From positions 1 to 46,382 of the forward strand of contig CALJKH010000099.1 in NCBI GenBank assembly GCA_937973575.1: 46,382 nucleotides of DNA. The letters run 5' to 3'. The stretch comes from an uncultured Solirubrobacterales bacterium. Its GTDB lineage: Bacteria > Actinomycetota > Thermoleophilia > Solirubrobacterales > Solirubrobacteraceae. Below, piece by piece: positions 35,957 through 44,705 of this stretch; position 1 is the first letter of the stretch; each line of letters opens with the position of its first letter. Made by a program: the position numbers and the translations under genes. The notes under the pieces are model-generated. The model was given only the letters and a program-made list of their open reading frames with translations. It did not search any database and had not been told where the DNA came from.

Positions 35957-38074
35957 ATGCCGAACGGCCGACGACCAAGCAGGTCCGACTATCCTCGGGC
36001 TGTGAAGCGCGATCCCTCCCGCACAAAGTCGCGCAGATTTGCATTGGCTGCCGTCCTGGCATTGCTGCCAGCCTTGGCATTCACAGCCTTCGCTAGCGCT
36101 GGTGGATCATCAGGCACGGACCTCCCTGTGGGGCTTGAGGCTCGCACTGTGGCAAGTGGACTGAATGCCCCGGTTGCGGCAAGTTGGGCACCTGACGGTC
36201 GAGTGTTCATCGCTGAGAAGAGCGGAACAGTCAAAGTCGTGCTGCCTGGCGAGGCACCTACGGCTCGAGCTCTGTATGACCTTTCAGACCATGTTGCCAC
36301 CTACATAGACAGGGGGCTGCTTGGGATTGCTGTCGATAGCGACTTTGCCCACAACGGATACGTCTGGCTGCTCTACACCTACGACTCTGACTCGTCAGAC
36401 ACTGCCGGCCCAAAGACAGCGCGGCTGTCGCGGATCAAGGTCGGCGCTGGCGCGACTCTCATTGGAGAGGAATTACCAGTGCTGGGTGTTCAAGGAACAA
36501 GCGCCTGCCCCTCGCCAGCTGCGGCACTTGACTGCATGCCGTCTGATGGCATGTCCCACAGCATCGGCACCGTCAGGTCAGACCCTGACGGCAGCCTCTG
36601 GGTTGGCATTGGAGACGGAGTGACGCCCGGTTCGTTGTCGCCGACAATCATGCGCGCTCTTAACCCCAATGTGATGAGCGGCGCGATCATGCATGTTGAC
36701 CGCAACGGGCACGGCCTCAAAGTTCATCCGTTCTGCCCAAAGACGAAGACCCTTACGGCCTCCTGCACCAAGGTCTTCGCCAAGGGCTTCCGCAATCCAT
36801 TTCGTTTCACGCTTCTCGGCAAGGGCAAGGTTGCTGTTGGCGATGTTGGCTTCAATGCGACCGAGGAGCTTGATGTAGCCACTGCAGGCAAGTCTTTTGG
36901 CTGGCCGTGTAGGGAAGGCGCTCACCCTCAGTCGGTCTACGCGAACACTTCGGCCTGCAAGAAGGTCAAGCGATCCACCCAGACGGATCCTGTGTACGAA
37001 TATCCGCATGAGGGCGCAAGCGCCGCGATTATGACCGGCCCTGTCTTGGGGAATGAGTGGCCTGAGGGCCAGCGCGGCAAGCTTGTCGTTGCTGATTACG
37101 CCCGCGGCACAGCGGGACTTTTTGACCTTGCTGACCCCGCAGCGAATCTCGCTCCGTTAGCAACTGGGCTGATGGCAGTTGTCGATATGGAGCCAGTGCC
37201 AGGCGGCGGTATTGGAATGGTTGAGTCTGGATTCATGTTTAGCGGGGTTGTCCCCGGCCGCGTCTGGGTTCTTGAGCCCGCTGGCGCAAGTCAGCGGCCG
37301 TGGCTTAAGCCTGTGGCGACGGTCAGCGGGCAGACGGTGAACTTCGATGCGCGCGCCCTTGATGCTGATTCCACCAATCTGACCTACGAGTGGGATTTCG
37401 GTGATGACACCACGGGCACTGGCGCGACTCCCTCGCATGCCTACTCAGAACCAGGGCTCTACCGAGCAAAGGTCACAGTCTCAGACGGCACCGAGTCCGG
37501 GTCGGACATAGTGCCAGTTGCAGCTGGCCTGCCAGCTCCTTCGGTTGGGATCAGCTCGCCATCTGATGGCACAACTGTTGCTGGTGGGCAGGTGATTAAT
37601 CTGCGCGGCTCTGCGACCCTTGGCGGCCAAGCGCTGCCGTCAACCGCCCTGTCTTGGACCTTGGTGCTCCACCATGGAGGCCACGACCATTTCCTCACTA
37701 GCTTCAACGGGCCGCTGGGCAGTGTTGAAATTCCTCAGGACCACAACATTGACTCATCCTTTGACCTAGTGCTGAAGGCGAAGACTGCCCAAGGTCAGTC
37801 GGCGTATGTACGGCGGTCGCTCCACTACAAATCGCAGAGTCTTAACTTGTCAACATCAGTGGGCGTCAAGGTCGGCTGGGCTGGTGATTCGGTCAGCGGG
37901 TCCGCGGAGACCGCAGTTGGCCTGAAGTCAGGACTTACGGTGCCTGCATCGGTGACTGTCGCCGGCAAGCGGTGGAAGTTCTCTGCCTGGTCGGATGGCT
38001 CGCATAGTGCGACGCGCACCTTCACGATGCCCGACCGCGCTGTGACTTTGCGTGCGAATTACATCCGCCGCTAG
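35957..38074 (+). CDS. Secreted PQQ-dependent sugar (glucose/sorbosone) dehydrogenase-like propeller with PKD domain and C-terminal beta domains
   Basis: GLNAPVAASWAPDGRVFIAEKSGTVKVV and GFRNPFRF are GSDH-type motifs. The PKD domain is YEWDFGDDTTGTGATPSHAYSEPGLYRAKVTVSDG. Start ATG 35957 chosen; the track ORF starts at 35852. Confidence 0.88.
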   Translation: MPNGRRPSRSDYPRAVKRDPSRTKSRRFALAAVLALLPALAFTAFASAGGSSGTDLPVGLEARTVASGLNAPVAASWAPDGRVFIAEKSGTVKVVLPGEAPTARALYDLSDHVATYIDRGLLGIAVDSDFAHNGYVWLLYTYDSDSSDTAGPKTARLSRIKVGAGATLIGEELPVLGVQGTSACPSPAAALDCMPSDGMSHSIGTVRSDPDGSLWVGIGDGVTPGSLSPTIMRALNPNVMSGAIMHVDRNGHGLKVHPFCPKTKTLTASCTKVFAKGFRNPFRFTLLGKGKVAVGDVGFNATEELDVATAGKSFGWPCREGAHPQSVYANTSACKKVKRSTQTDPVYEYPHEGASAAIMTGPVLGNEWPEGQRGKLVVADYARGTAGLFDLADPAANLAPLATGLMAVVDMEPVPGGGIGMVESGFMFSGVVPGRVWVLEPAGASQRPWLKPVATVSGQTVNFDARALDADSTNLTYEWDFGDDTTGTGATPSHAYSEPGLYRAKVTVSDGTESGSDIVPVAAGLPAPSVGISSPSDGTTVAGGQVINLRGSATLGGQALPSTALSWTLVLHHGGHDHFLTSFNGPLGSVEIPQDHNIDSSFDLVLKAKTAQGQSAYVRRSLHYKSQSLNLSTSVGVKVGWAGDSVSGSAETAVGLKSGLTVPASVTVAGKRWKFSAWSDGSHSATRTFTMPDRAVTLRANYIRR

Positions 38075-38488
38075 TTAGGCGGCGATCGCCTCTAGAGCCT
38101 GCTGTGGTGTGACGGCCCAGCCAGGTTCGACTAGGTCTTTCATGTCAAGGCTCACAAGCTTCATGTTGCGAGTCAGTGATGCGATGACATAGGCACCGTC
38201 GTAAGCGCTTAAGGGGTGCTGTTCGCACAAGTCCTCAAGTGCGGTCAATTCTGTCTCGGAAAGCGACATCACCCGGCCGGAAGTAATCGCGGATATCTCA
38301 CGTCCGACTGGAAGACGCGCGGTCCCGGCTTTACGACGGGAGCGAACATTGATCACCTCGAGAAGAGTTAGATCAAGAGCTGCAGGCATGGCATCGGGGT
38401 GCGTGAGAAGAGCTTCAGCGGCTTCGGTGCTTGAGTTGGAGTCATCGTCCGAGGCGAGCCAAACACTCGCGTCAATCAAATGAATCAA
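38075..38488 (-). CDS. vapC: PIN-domain toxin (VapC family)
   Basis: 137 aa starting MIHLIDASVW, with acidic residues at PIN positions (D6, E in LLEV, D in AYDGAYV, D in SLDMKD). 4-nt overlap with the upstream antitoxin gene. Confidence 0.85.
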   Translation of the reverse strand: MIHLIDASVWLASDDDSNSSTEAAEALLTHPDAMPAALDLTLLEVINVRSRRKAGTARLPVGREISAITSGRVMSLSETELTALEDLCEQHPLSAYDGAYVIASLTRNMKLVSLDMKDLVEPGWAVTPQQALEAIAA

Positions 38489-38718
38489 TGCTTAGGCCTG
38501 CCTTCCTTAACGGCTCGCACTGAGTCACCCTCGTAGGTACCTCGATGAGAATCGATAAGGGCCTTGATCTCTAGAGGTGAGAGCTTCCGAGGTGCGCCTA
38601 TGCGCTCGCGCATTACGTCCTGAAGTAGTCCGCTGCGAGTCTTGCCTAGCGAATCAGCAAGTGAGTCAAACTCAGTCAGGAGGTCAACTGGGACCGAGAT
38701 CAGAACCTTCTTGAACAT
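38485..38718 (-). CDS. vapB: RHH-type antitoxin (VapB-like)
   Basis: MFKKVLISVPVDLLTEFDSLADSLGKTRSGLLQDVM fits an RHH fold. ATG 38718 lies 8 nt downstream of a TATACT -10-like hexamer, so the transcript may be leaderless. The track ORF extends to 38787. Confidence 0.75.
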   Translation of the reverse strand: MFKKVLISVPVDLLTEFDSLADSLGKTRSGLLQDVMRERIGAPRKLSPLEIKALIDSHRGTYEGDSVRAVKEGRPKH

Positions 38719-38860
38719 ACGTCTAAGTATATACCGAGTATTGCTTACGGCGGGCTGATTACCTAACTGACGGGTCGCGGTTGCCATGTAGTCACCGTGA
38801 CACAGCTAGACCGCCACATGGGCGGTCTGCACAAAGTTGGAACAGAGCTGTTTCGGTTTG

Positions 38861-40363
38861 TTAGCCGACGGCAGGCGGCCCAGTGGGAGGGGTAAGGATC
38901 CCGTCCTCCGCTGCCAACTCTTCTGCGGTAGCCCTCATCTTCGCGAGGCTCGGAACAAAGAGTGCTGCGATTGCGCCGATTGCTAAGACTGCTGCACCCA
39001 AAGGTAGAGCAGCCACAACTCCATCGCTGTAGGCCTGGGGGCTGGCATATGACCCGTGCGACGCGAAGAGAACTCCGAGCATGCTTACTCCCATAACGCC
39101 ACCGACCTCGCGGATCGCATTCGTGGCACCTGAGGCTTGGCCGCTCTCGCTCTGGCGGACGCTCGCCAGGACCGCATTCGCTGCAGGCGCAAAGACCAGC
39201 GCCATACCGGCACCACAGATGATGAAGGCCGGCAGGAGATCCACATATGGAACGGTAGGTGTCGAGATTTGCGACATCCAATAGATCGCGATCGCCTGTA
39301 GGGCTAGACCCACTGCAAGAAATGGACGCGCCCCGAACTTGTCGCTGAAGATGCCAGCCAGCGGAGCAACCAGAATCGGCATGCCAGTGAACGGCAGGGT
39401 CCTGATCCCCGATTCAAGCGGGCTATACCCCTGCCCAGTTTGGAAGAACTGTGAGAGGTAGAAGATTGAGCCGAAGACACCAAAGAACATCGCGAAGGAG
39501 ACGACGTTCGTGGCGCTAAAGCCGCGCGACTTAAAGAACCGCATTGGCAGCATTGGGTCTGGTGCTCGCATCTCCCACAGCACAAACCCGATCAAGAGCA
39601 GCACGCCGCCAATCAGGGGAATCAGGATCCCAGGGGTTCCCCAACCGTCGGCTTCGCCGCGAACAATTGCGTAGGTCGCACCGAGCAGGCCCAGTCCAGC
39701 AAGCAAGATTCCTGGAAGGTCCAGCGACCTCTTCTCGCCCCGGCTTTCACGCAGCATCAGAGCTGCAAGGCTGATCACGATGATTCCAATTGGGATGTTG
39801 ATCCCGAAGATCCACTTCCATGAGCCGGCGCCAGCAATTACTGCTCCGCCGACGACTGGGCCTGAGGCGACTCCCAAGCCGCTGACGCCCGACCAGATGC
39901 CTAGCGCCAAGCCGCGCTTGTCACCGGGGAACGCCTCTGCCAGAAGGGTGAGTGTGAGGGGCGTAACGATCGCAGCGCCAAAGCCCTGAGTTGCCCTAGC
40001 GAGGACAAGGAAGTTGATGTCTGGGGAGAGTGCGGCAGCCAAGCTCGAGACGGTGAAGAGGCTGAGGCCGATGATGAACATCCGCTTTCGTCCAAATCGG
40101 TCGCCGAGCGCGGCCGCTGGCATCAGCAGAACTGCGTAAGCGAGCGTGTAAGCGTTAACGGTCCACTCAAGAGACTCGAGTCCGCCGCCCAAGTCCTCGC
40201 GAATGCTCGGTAGGGCAACACCAACAACGAGGTTGTCGAGGGTAACCATGAATAGCGCGACCGAAACAAGGGCCAGCGTCCAGCCAGGGTGAACTCCGGT
40301 CCGGGCGTGCAGTTCCTCCTCTGCGTGGGCGACTTCTTCAGGGGAGGGATTGGGGGCGGTCAT
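38861..40363 (-). CDS. MFS transporter, DHA2 (14-TMS EmrB/QacA-like) drug efflux family
   Basis: 500 aa with LVSVALFMVTLDNLVVGVALPSI and GDRFGRKRMF motifs. ATGA overlap with the TetR gene. Confidence 0.92.
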   Translation of the reverse strand: MTAPNPSPEEVAHAEEELHARTGVHPGWTLALVSVALFMVTLDNLVVGVALPSIREDLGGGLESLEWTVNAYTLAYAVLLMPAAALGDRFGRKRMFIIGLSLFTVSSLAAALSPDINFLVLARATQGFGAAIVTPLTLTLLAEAFPGDKRGLALGIWSGVSGLGVASGPVVGGAVIAGAGSWKWIFGINIPIGIIVISLAALMLRESRGEKRSLDLPGILLAGLGLLGATYAIVRGEADGWGTPGILIPLIGGVLLLIGFVLWEMRAPDPMLPMRFFKSRGFSATNVVSFAMFFGVFGSIFYLSQFFQTGQGYSPLESGIRTLPFTGMPILVAPLAGIFSDKFGARPFLAVGLALQAIAIYWMSQISTPTVPYVDLLPAFIICGAGMALVFAPAANAVLASVRQSESGQASGATNAIREVGGVMGVSMLGVLFASHGSYASPQAYSDGVVAALPLGAAVLAIGAIAALFVPSLAKMRATAEELAAEDGILTPPTGPPAVG

Positions 40364-40917
40364 CCTGCGTACTCCTTTGGTTTGTGTCCGAGGGCTTCAG
40401 CCCAAGGCTCGTTGACATCGTTAAAGCCAACGGCAGCTGCCACGTTGAGCAGCATGCCTTCGGCGAAGTAGGGGCGAATTTCTTCTGGTGAGGCTCCGGT
40501 AAGGCGCTCGGCTGTCTCGTAGAGGGTGGCCCAGCCTTCAAGCATTGCTTTGCGGATCTTCGGTTCGCGCGCCGCTGCGGCATTGGCGTGTAGTTGGGCC
40601 AGCAGCACGGTTGGGTCGTCGGCGAGAAGTTCGCCGTAGGCACGACCCATCGCGTCCATCGCAGTCTCACCCGGCTGCGGATTCGCTGCACCGTGTTCGA
40701 AGGCTTCGCGAGTCTTGCTGATGCAATAGGCGACTGTCGCCGCAAAGAGATCCTGCTTTGTGGGGAAGAGGCGGAAGAGGTAGGCCTGGCTGATCCCAGC
40801 CTCATCGGCGATGGCGAGGGTGGGGGTTCCGTAATAGCCGCGCTCGGCGAAATGCCGGTAGGCAACTTCAATGATGACCTTGCGGCGCTGTTCAGCTGTG
40901 GATCTCTGCTTCGGCAT
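40360..40917 (-). CDS. TetR-family transcriptional regulator
   Basis: MPKQRSTAEQRRKVIIEVAYRHFAERGYYGTPTLAIADEAGISQAYLFRLFPTKQDLF. GTG 40935 is an alternative start. Confidence 0.9.
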   Translation of the reverse strand: MPKQRSTAEQRRKVIIEVAYRHFAERGYYGTPTLAIADEAGISQAYLFRLFPTKQDLFAATVAYCISKTREAFEHGAANPQPGETAMDAMGRAYGELLADDPTVLLAQLHANAAAAREPKIRKAMLEGWATLYETAERLTGASPEEIRPYFAEGMLLNVAAAVGFNDVNEPWAEALGHKPKEYAG

Positions 40918-40919
40918 AA

Positions 40920-40935
40920 GTGAGTGACCACTCAC
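40920..40935. promoter_or_regulatory. Inverted repeat GTGAGTG-AC-CACTCAC, candidate TetR operator
   Basis: Perfect 7-bp arms immediately upstream of ATG 40917 (or inside the first codons if GTG 40935 is used). Confidence 0.4.
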
Positions 40936-40960
40936 AAACTAGCAAGAAACGCTCAAAGAA

Positions 40961-40996
40961 GCGCGCAAAGAAAAGGGGCGGCCGAACGGCCGCCCC
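40961..40996 (-). terminator. Intrinsic terminator after phoD
   Basis: 9-bp GC stem GGGGCGGCC / GGCCGCCCC (40975-40996). On the minus strand it is followed by TTTTCTTTG. Confidence 0.8.
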
Positions 40997-41034
40997 TCTA
41001 GAGAACTTGATCTGCTGGGCCTAAGCCCAAAGGA

Positions 41035-42657
41035 TCAGCTGATCGTCGTTGAGTTAGCGTTGACCTTGTAGGTCTTAGTCGCTGCGAGAGCAGTGGACTT
41101 CCTCTTCGTCGTCTGCAGTTTCTTGAATGTGGCCGAGAACTGCGTCGGCGACGCGCTCGCCAGAACGTAGCCGTGGTGGAGTTGGTCAAACTCCTTCATG
41201 CCCGGGTTGCGCGCAAGGTAGTCCGCTTCCTTGACTCCATCGGGGAGGGTTACGTTGCTACTCGACCCGTAGCCCGGCGTGCCAAGCAGTGCTGCGATCT
41301 CAGCATTTGAGAGCTGGGTTACAGAACCGGCCGCGAACTCAGTTGCCACCGGGACGTCGCTCGTATCGCGAACCTGACCGGCCATAAACGTGTGGTAGTC
41401 ACCTGTGGTGAAGACGACGTTCTTGATCCCACCGTTCTTGATAGCGCCCAGCAGGTGGTTGCGCTCGGTTGGGTAGGCGGTCCAGTCGTCGGCGGATTCG
41501 ATCTTGTTAGTGGCGTCCTTCAGGCTCATCGCGACTACTTCGTTCGCGATCACCTTCCACTTAGCTGTCGATGAGGCCAGACCGCCTTCCAAGAATGAGA
41601 GCTGTTCGTTGCCTAGGAAGGCTCTGGGGTCGTTGAGGTCGGTACAGGTGGCTGGGTCGATATCAGTACCCGCGGCATGGAAGCCACACGGTTGAGCGTC
41701 CCGGTACTGCCGCTCATCAATTACCCAGAGGTCAAGGTTCTTGCCGAATTGGGCCTTGTGGTAGAGCTTGTATCCGCCGGCATCCTGCGGGAAGGTCGGC
41801 ATGTTGTCGAACCATGCCTTGTAAGCGTTGATCTTCCGCTCGTCAGACCAGCCGGTGAAAAGCGGCGGATTGCTGCGCTTAGCGTCGCCACCGTTTGCTG
41901 TGGCTGAGCCTGCGTAGTCGTTCATGACCTCGTGGTCATCCCAGGTTGAGATCATCGCGTGGCTAGCAGCCATTGCCTGCAGGTCGGTGTCCTTGCGGTA
42001 GCCCTGATAGCGGTTGCAATATTCGTCATAGGTGACTGGGCCGCTCAGAGCTGTGCGCCCGAAGAAGCCGCCGTTACGGACCATGCCCTTGCTTGCGTCG
42101 TAGAACGCTGACTCGTAAATGAAGTCACCAAGGTTGATCACGAAGTCCACGTCGTCCTTCGCCAGGAGTGCGTGAGCGTTGAAGTACCCAGCCGTGTAGT
42201 CCTGGCAAGTGAAGTAGGCGAACTTGACTGTCTGGGTTGAGTCAGCTGGGAGAGCTGTGCGGAAGCGGCCAACCGTGCTGTTCTTCGACTTGGTTGCGAA
42301 GCGGTAGTAGTACTGAGTGTGAGCCTTGAGGCCCTCAATACGGGTCTTTATAACGAACTGCTTAGTTGGGTCAGCTGGCACCAGAGAGCTCTTAACAACC
42401 TTCTTGAACTTGCTGTCGGTCGCGATCTCAAGAAGGACCGAGCCTGCTCCGGAGACTCCAAATAGACGCGTCCAGAGAGTGATACCCGTCGGGGTTGGGT
42501 CCCCAGATGCGATGCCGTCTGGGAATGTGCCGCCTGAGTACGTCGGAGTCAGCCTTCCGTGCAGTTTGAACGCGAGCGCGTCCGGGACCATTACGGCGAT
42601 GCCGGTTACGCCAGCTGCTGCGCTTACAAAGCCACGACGCGAAATCTGAGCGGCCAT
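41035..42657 (-). CDS. phoD: Tat-secreted PhoD-family alkaline phosphatase/phosphodiesterase
   Basis: 540 aa with twin-arginine signal MAAQISRRGFVSAAAGVTGIAVM. PhoD-like motifs GIASGDPTPTGITLWTR, FVINLGDFIYE and WDDHEVMNDY. AGGAGGAAGA Shine-Dalgarno. Confidence 0.92.
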   Translation of the reverse strand: MAAQISRRGFVSAAAGVTGIAVMVPDALAFKLHGRLTPTYSGGTFPDGIASGDPTPTGITLWTRLFGVSGAGSVLLEIATDSKFKKVVKSSLVPADPTKQFVIKTRIEGLKAHTQYYYRFATKSKNSTVGRFRTALPADSTQTVKFAYFTCQDYTAGYFNAHALLAKDDVDFVINLGDFIYESAFYDASKGMVRNGGFFGRTALSGPVTYDEYCNRYQGYRKDTDLQAMAASHAMISTWDDHEVMNDYAGSATANGGDAKRSNPPLFTGWSDERKINAYKAWFDNMPTFPQDAGGYKLYHKAQFGKNLDLWVIDERQYRDAQPCGFHAAGTDIDPATCTDLNDPRAFLGNEQLSFLEGGLASSTAKWKVIANEVVAMSLKDATNKIESADDWTAYPTERNHLLGAIKNGGIKNVVFTTGDYHTFMAGQVRDTSDVPVATEFAAGSVTQLSNAEIAALLGTPGYGSSSNVTLPDGVKEADYLARNPGMKEFDQLHHGYVLASASPTQFSATFKKLQTTKRKSTALAATKTYKVNANSTTIS

Positions 42658-42694
42658 TCTTCCTCCTGAATTTTCGGACCTTCCCTAGCGGGGG

Positions 42695-42716
42695 AACTGG
42701 TGAAAGTCCGGTTAAG
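42695..42716 (-). promoter_or_regulatory. Candidate PHO box: two 11-nt direct repeat units CTTAACCGGAC TTTCACCAGTT
   Basis: On the phoD sense strand, 38-59 nt upstream of the ATG. The cores CTTAACC and TTTCACC resemble the actinobacterial PhoP repeat GTTCACC. Confidence 0.35.
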
Positions 42717-42773
42717 TTTCTCTCCTAGCTTCCACGCTAGTGGAGAAGCTGAAGTTACGCAAGGACGAGCCGC

Positions 42774-42807
42774 GTAAACAAAACGCGCCGGACTCAATGC
42801 CGGCGCG
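42774..42807 (-). terminator. Intrinsic terminator after the cupredoxin gene
   Basis: 8-bp stem CGCGCCGG / CCGGCGCG (42784-42807) with an 8-nt loop. On the minus strand it is followed by TTTTGTTTAC. Confidence 0.7.
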
Positions 42808-42838
42808 CAGAGAAGCTAATTTCGAAGCCCAGAGGCGA

Positions 42839-43393
42839 TCAGCCTTGAACGTAAATCCTGACCACCATGTTGGGGTGAAGGTTGCAGTAGAGGGAATAAA
42901 GCGCCTTCTTCTTGGACGGTGCAGTTGGCACCCAACCTGCTGCTGGGTACTTAATGTCGGCTGCAGTGTCGTTCTGCTGAGTGCGGGAGTTGGTGAACTT
43001 CACAGCGGTGCTGGCTGTTGTAACCGTGCAGGCTGATGTCTTGCAGATTCCTGTCTTCCACGGTGCTGCACCCGTCTTCTTGGACCAGATGTTGTGGTAG
43101 CCAGGGTTGTCTGAGTCATGACCCCAGATAAAGAAGAACTTGGTTGATCCGCTCTTAACCGTGATGTCGCGGTAGGTGGCGAAGTTGTAGCCGGCATCAC
43201 CAGGTGCCTTCTGAGTTTCCCACCAGAACCAACCATCGTTGGAGTCGCCCTGAAGGTAGATGTTCTTGACAACCGGTGCGGCTGTGGCTTTACCCGTGCG
43301 GGCTGTAGCAATACCGAGTCCGGGTGCTGCGGCAAGTACTCCGCATGAGGTGAGGGCTGAGACGGCGAGGAGAAGCTTCTTGGAAGTGGTCAT
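42839..43393 (-). CDS. Secreted amicyanin-like cupredoxin (type-1 blue copper protein)
   Basis: Signal MTTSKKLLLAVSALTSCGVLAAAPGLGIATA (start ATG 43393 chosen; the track ORF extends to 43471). Ligand pattern GYHNIW ... LYCNLHPNMVVRIYV (C-x2-H-x2-M). Confidence 0.7.
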   Translation of the reverse strand: MTTSKKLLLAVSALTSCGVLAAAPGLGIATARTGKATAAPVVKNIYLQGDSNDGWFWWETQKAPGDAGYNFATYRDITVKSGSTKFFFIWGHDSDNPGYHNIWSKKTGAAPWKTGICKTSACTVTTASTAVKFTNSRTQQNDTAADIKYPAAGWVPTAPSKKKALYSLYCNLHPNMVVRIYVQG

Positions 43394-43512
43394 GTGAGCC
43401 AATTTACACCAGCTAAGGGGGTCGAGCGCAAGTTGCTTTAGAGAAATTTTCATATATGCCATTTGCGCCACATGCGCGACATTTGACGCCGTGTCGGGTT
43501 ACTGTTGACGAA

Positions 43513-44673
43513 ATGTCCAACGGGGGAGACAAAAAGCCGTCCGGGTTTGACCGGCGTGACTTCTTGAGCATTGGCGGCCTCGGCGCTGCTGGCCTCTTCT
43601 GCACCCTCACAGCAAAGGACGTTCCCAACCTTTCCCGTCGGGATGTGGCGGCAATTGACTCAGCAGCTGCATCGCTGAAGAAGCCAAAGGGTGCAGTTGC
43701 CCACGCTGCACGCCTTAAGGCTGGCACCAAGGGCGCTGCCGCACCTGACCCGATTGACGCGTACGAGTTCGGTACACCAGAACCTCAAGAAGGCGGCAAC
43801 ATCGCCGAGTACTGGATTCAGGCAACAACAGTTCTGTGGGATGTGATCCCAACCCGCTTCGATTCATGGATGGGCATGAAGCAGAGGCGTGTTCGCTTTA
43901 AGGCCCTCTGCTACCAAGAGATGGAGTCCGGCTTCTCCGGTCCTAAGCAATACGAGGACGGCTCATTCGCTCAGCCGACAATGCCAGGCCCAACGATTGA
44001 GGCCAATGTTGGCGACACGATTCAAGTTCACTTCCGCAACAACGACTTCGACACTCTTCAGCCGGTGACGATGCACCCGCACGGGGTCCGTTACACGCCC
44101 GACTACGACGGCACCTACCTGAGTGACTTCACTCGCGCCGGTGGGTTCATCGCACCAGGTGAGGAGTTCACCTACACATGGGAATGCCTGCCAAGCAGCG
44201 TCGGCGTGTGGCCCTACCACGACCACGGCCCCAACCATGTTCTCAATACCACCCGTGGTCTATTCGGCACGATCATTATTCGCGACCCAGGCGCACCTAA
44301 GCCCGACCGCGATTACTTCCTTCATTTGCACAGCCTGCCTTCGTCAATCACGCGGTCGCCTTCGATGCTGCACTGCATCAACGGGCGCTCGTTCGCGGGT
44401 AATACCCCGACGATGCGCGCTGTCGAAGGCGAAGAGGTCGCAATGCATGTAATTGACATGAATAACGACTGGCACACCTTCCACCTGCACGGACACCGTT
44501 GGGCTGATGGATCCGGAAAGTTCATCGACAGCCCGACAGTTGGGCCGTCAGAAGTGATTACTGCACGCTTCCGGGAAGACAATCCCGGTCGCTGGCTTTA
44601 TCATTGTCACGTCGCTTCACACATGGCTGCCGGGATGACCGGCTGGTACATGGTTGAGCGAGCAGCAACATAA
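43513..44673 (+). CDS. Tat-secreted two-domain multicopper oxidase (small-laccase/SLAC-like)
   Basis: Signal FDRRDFLSIGGLGAAGLF. The four Cu motifs are MHPHG, WPYHDHG, HTFHLHGHRW and LYHCHVASHMAAGM. ATG 43456 is an alternative start. Confidence 0.9.
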   Translation: MSNGGDKKPSGFDRRDFLSIGGLGAAGLFCTLTAKDVPNLSRRDVAAIDSAAASLKKPKGAVAHAARLKAGTKGAAAPDPIDAYEFGTPEPQEGGNIAEYWIQATTVLWDVIPTRFDSWMGMKQRRVRFKALCYQEMESGFSGPKQYEDGSFAQPTMPGPTIEANVGDTIQVHFRNNDFDTLQPVTMHPHGVRYTPDYDGTYLSDFTRAGGFIAPGEEFTYTWECLPSSVGVWPYHDHGPNHVLNTTRGLFGTIIIRDPGAPKPDRDYFLHLHSLPSSITRSPSMLHCINGRSFAGNTPTMRAVEGEEVAMHVIDMNNDWHTFHLHGHRWADGSGKFIDSPTVGPSEVITARFREDNPGRWLYHCHVASHMAAGMTGWYMVERAAT

Positions 44674-44705
44674 AAGGGAAACAAGGAGAGAGGAACAGTT
44701 ACAAG

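Noticed and set aside
33897-38860. ABC-2 exporter + RHH + VapBC region as a defence island or novel defence system
   Set aside because: The ABC genes look like an ordinary two-gene exporter, and the large gene between them and VapBC is a PQQ sugar dehydrogenase. I saw no nuclease, helicase, methylase, ATPase-of-defence-type or reverse transcriptase genes.
38763-39281. 172-aa minus-strand ORF, plus the 40338-40931 197-aa ORF
   Set aside because: These are alternative frames of the MFS and TetR genes respectively. The MFS and TetR frames carry the family motifs.
43456-43512. Upstream ATG 43456 as the multicopper oxidase start, and ATG 43471/43453 as cupredoxin starts
   Set aside because: These starts would make the two divergent genes overlap head-to-head and would add non-signal-like N-termini. 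The internal starts (43513 and 43393) give canonical Tat and Sec signals. This remains uncertain because no clear Shine-Dalgarno is present for any candidate.
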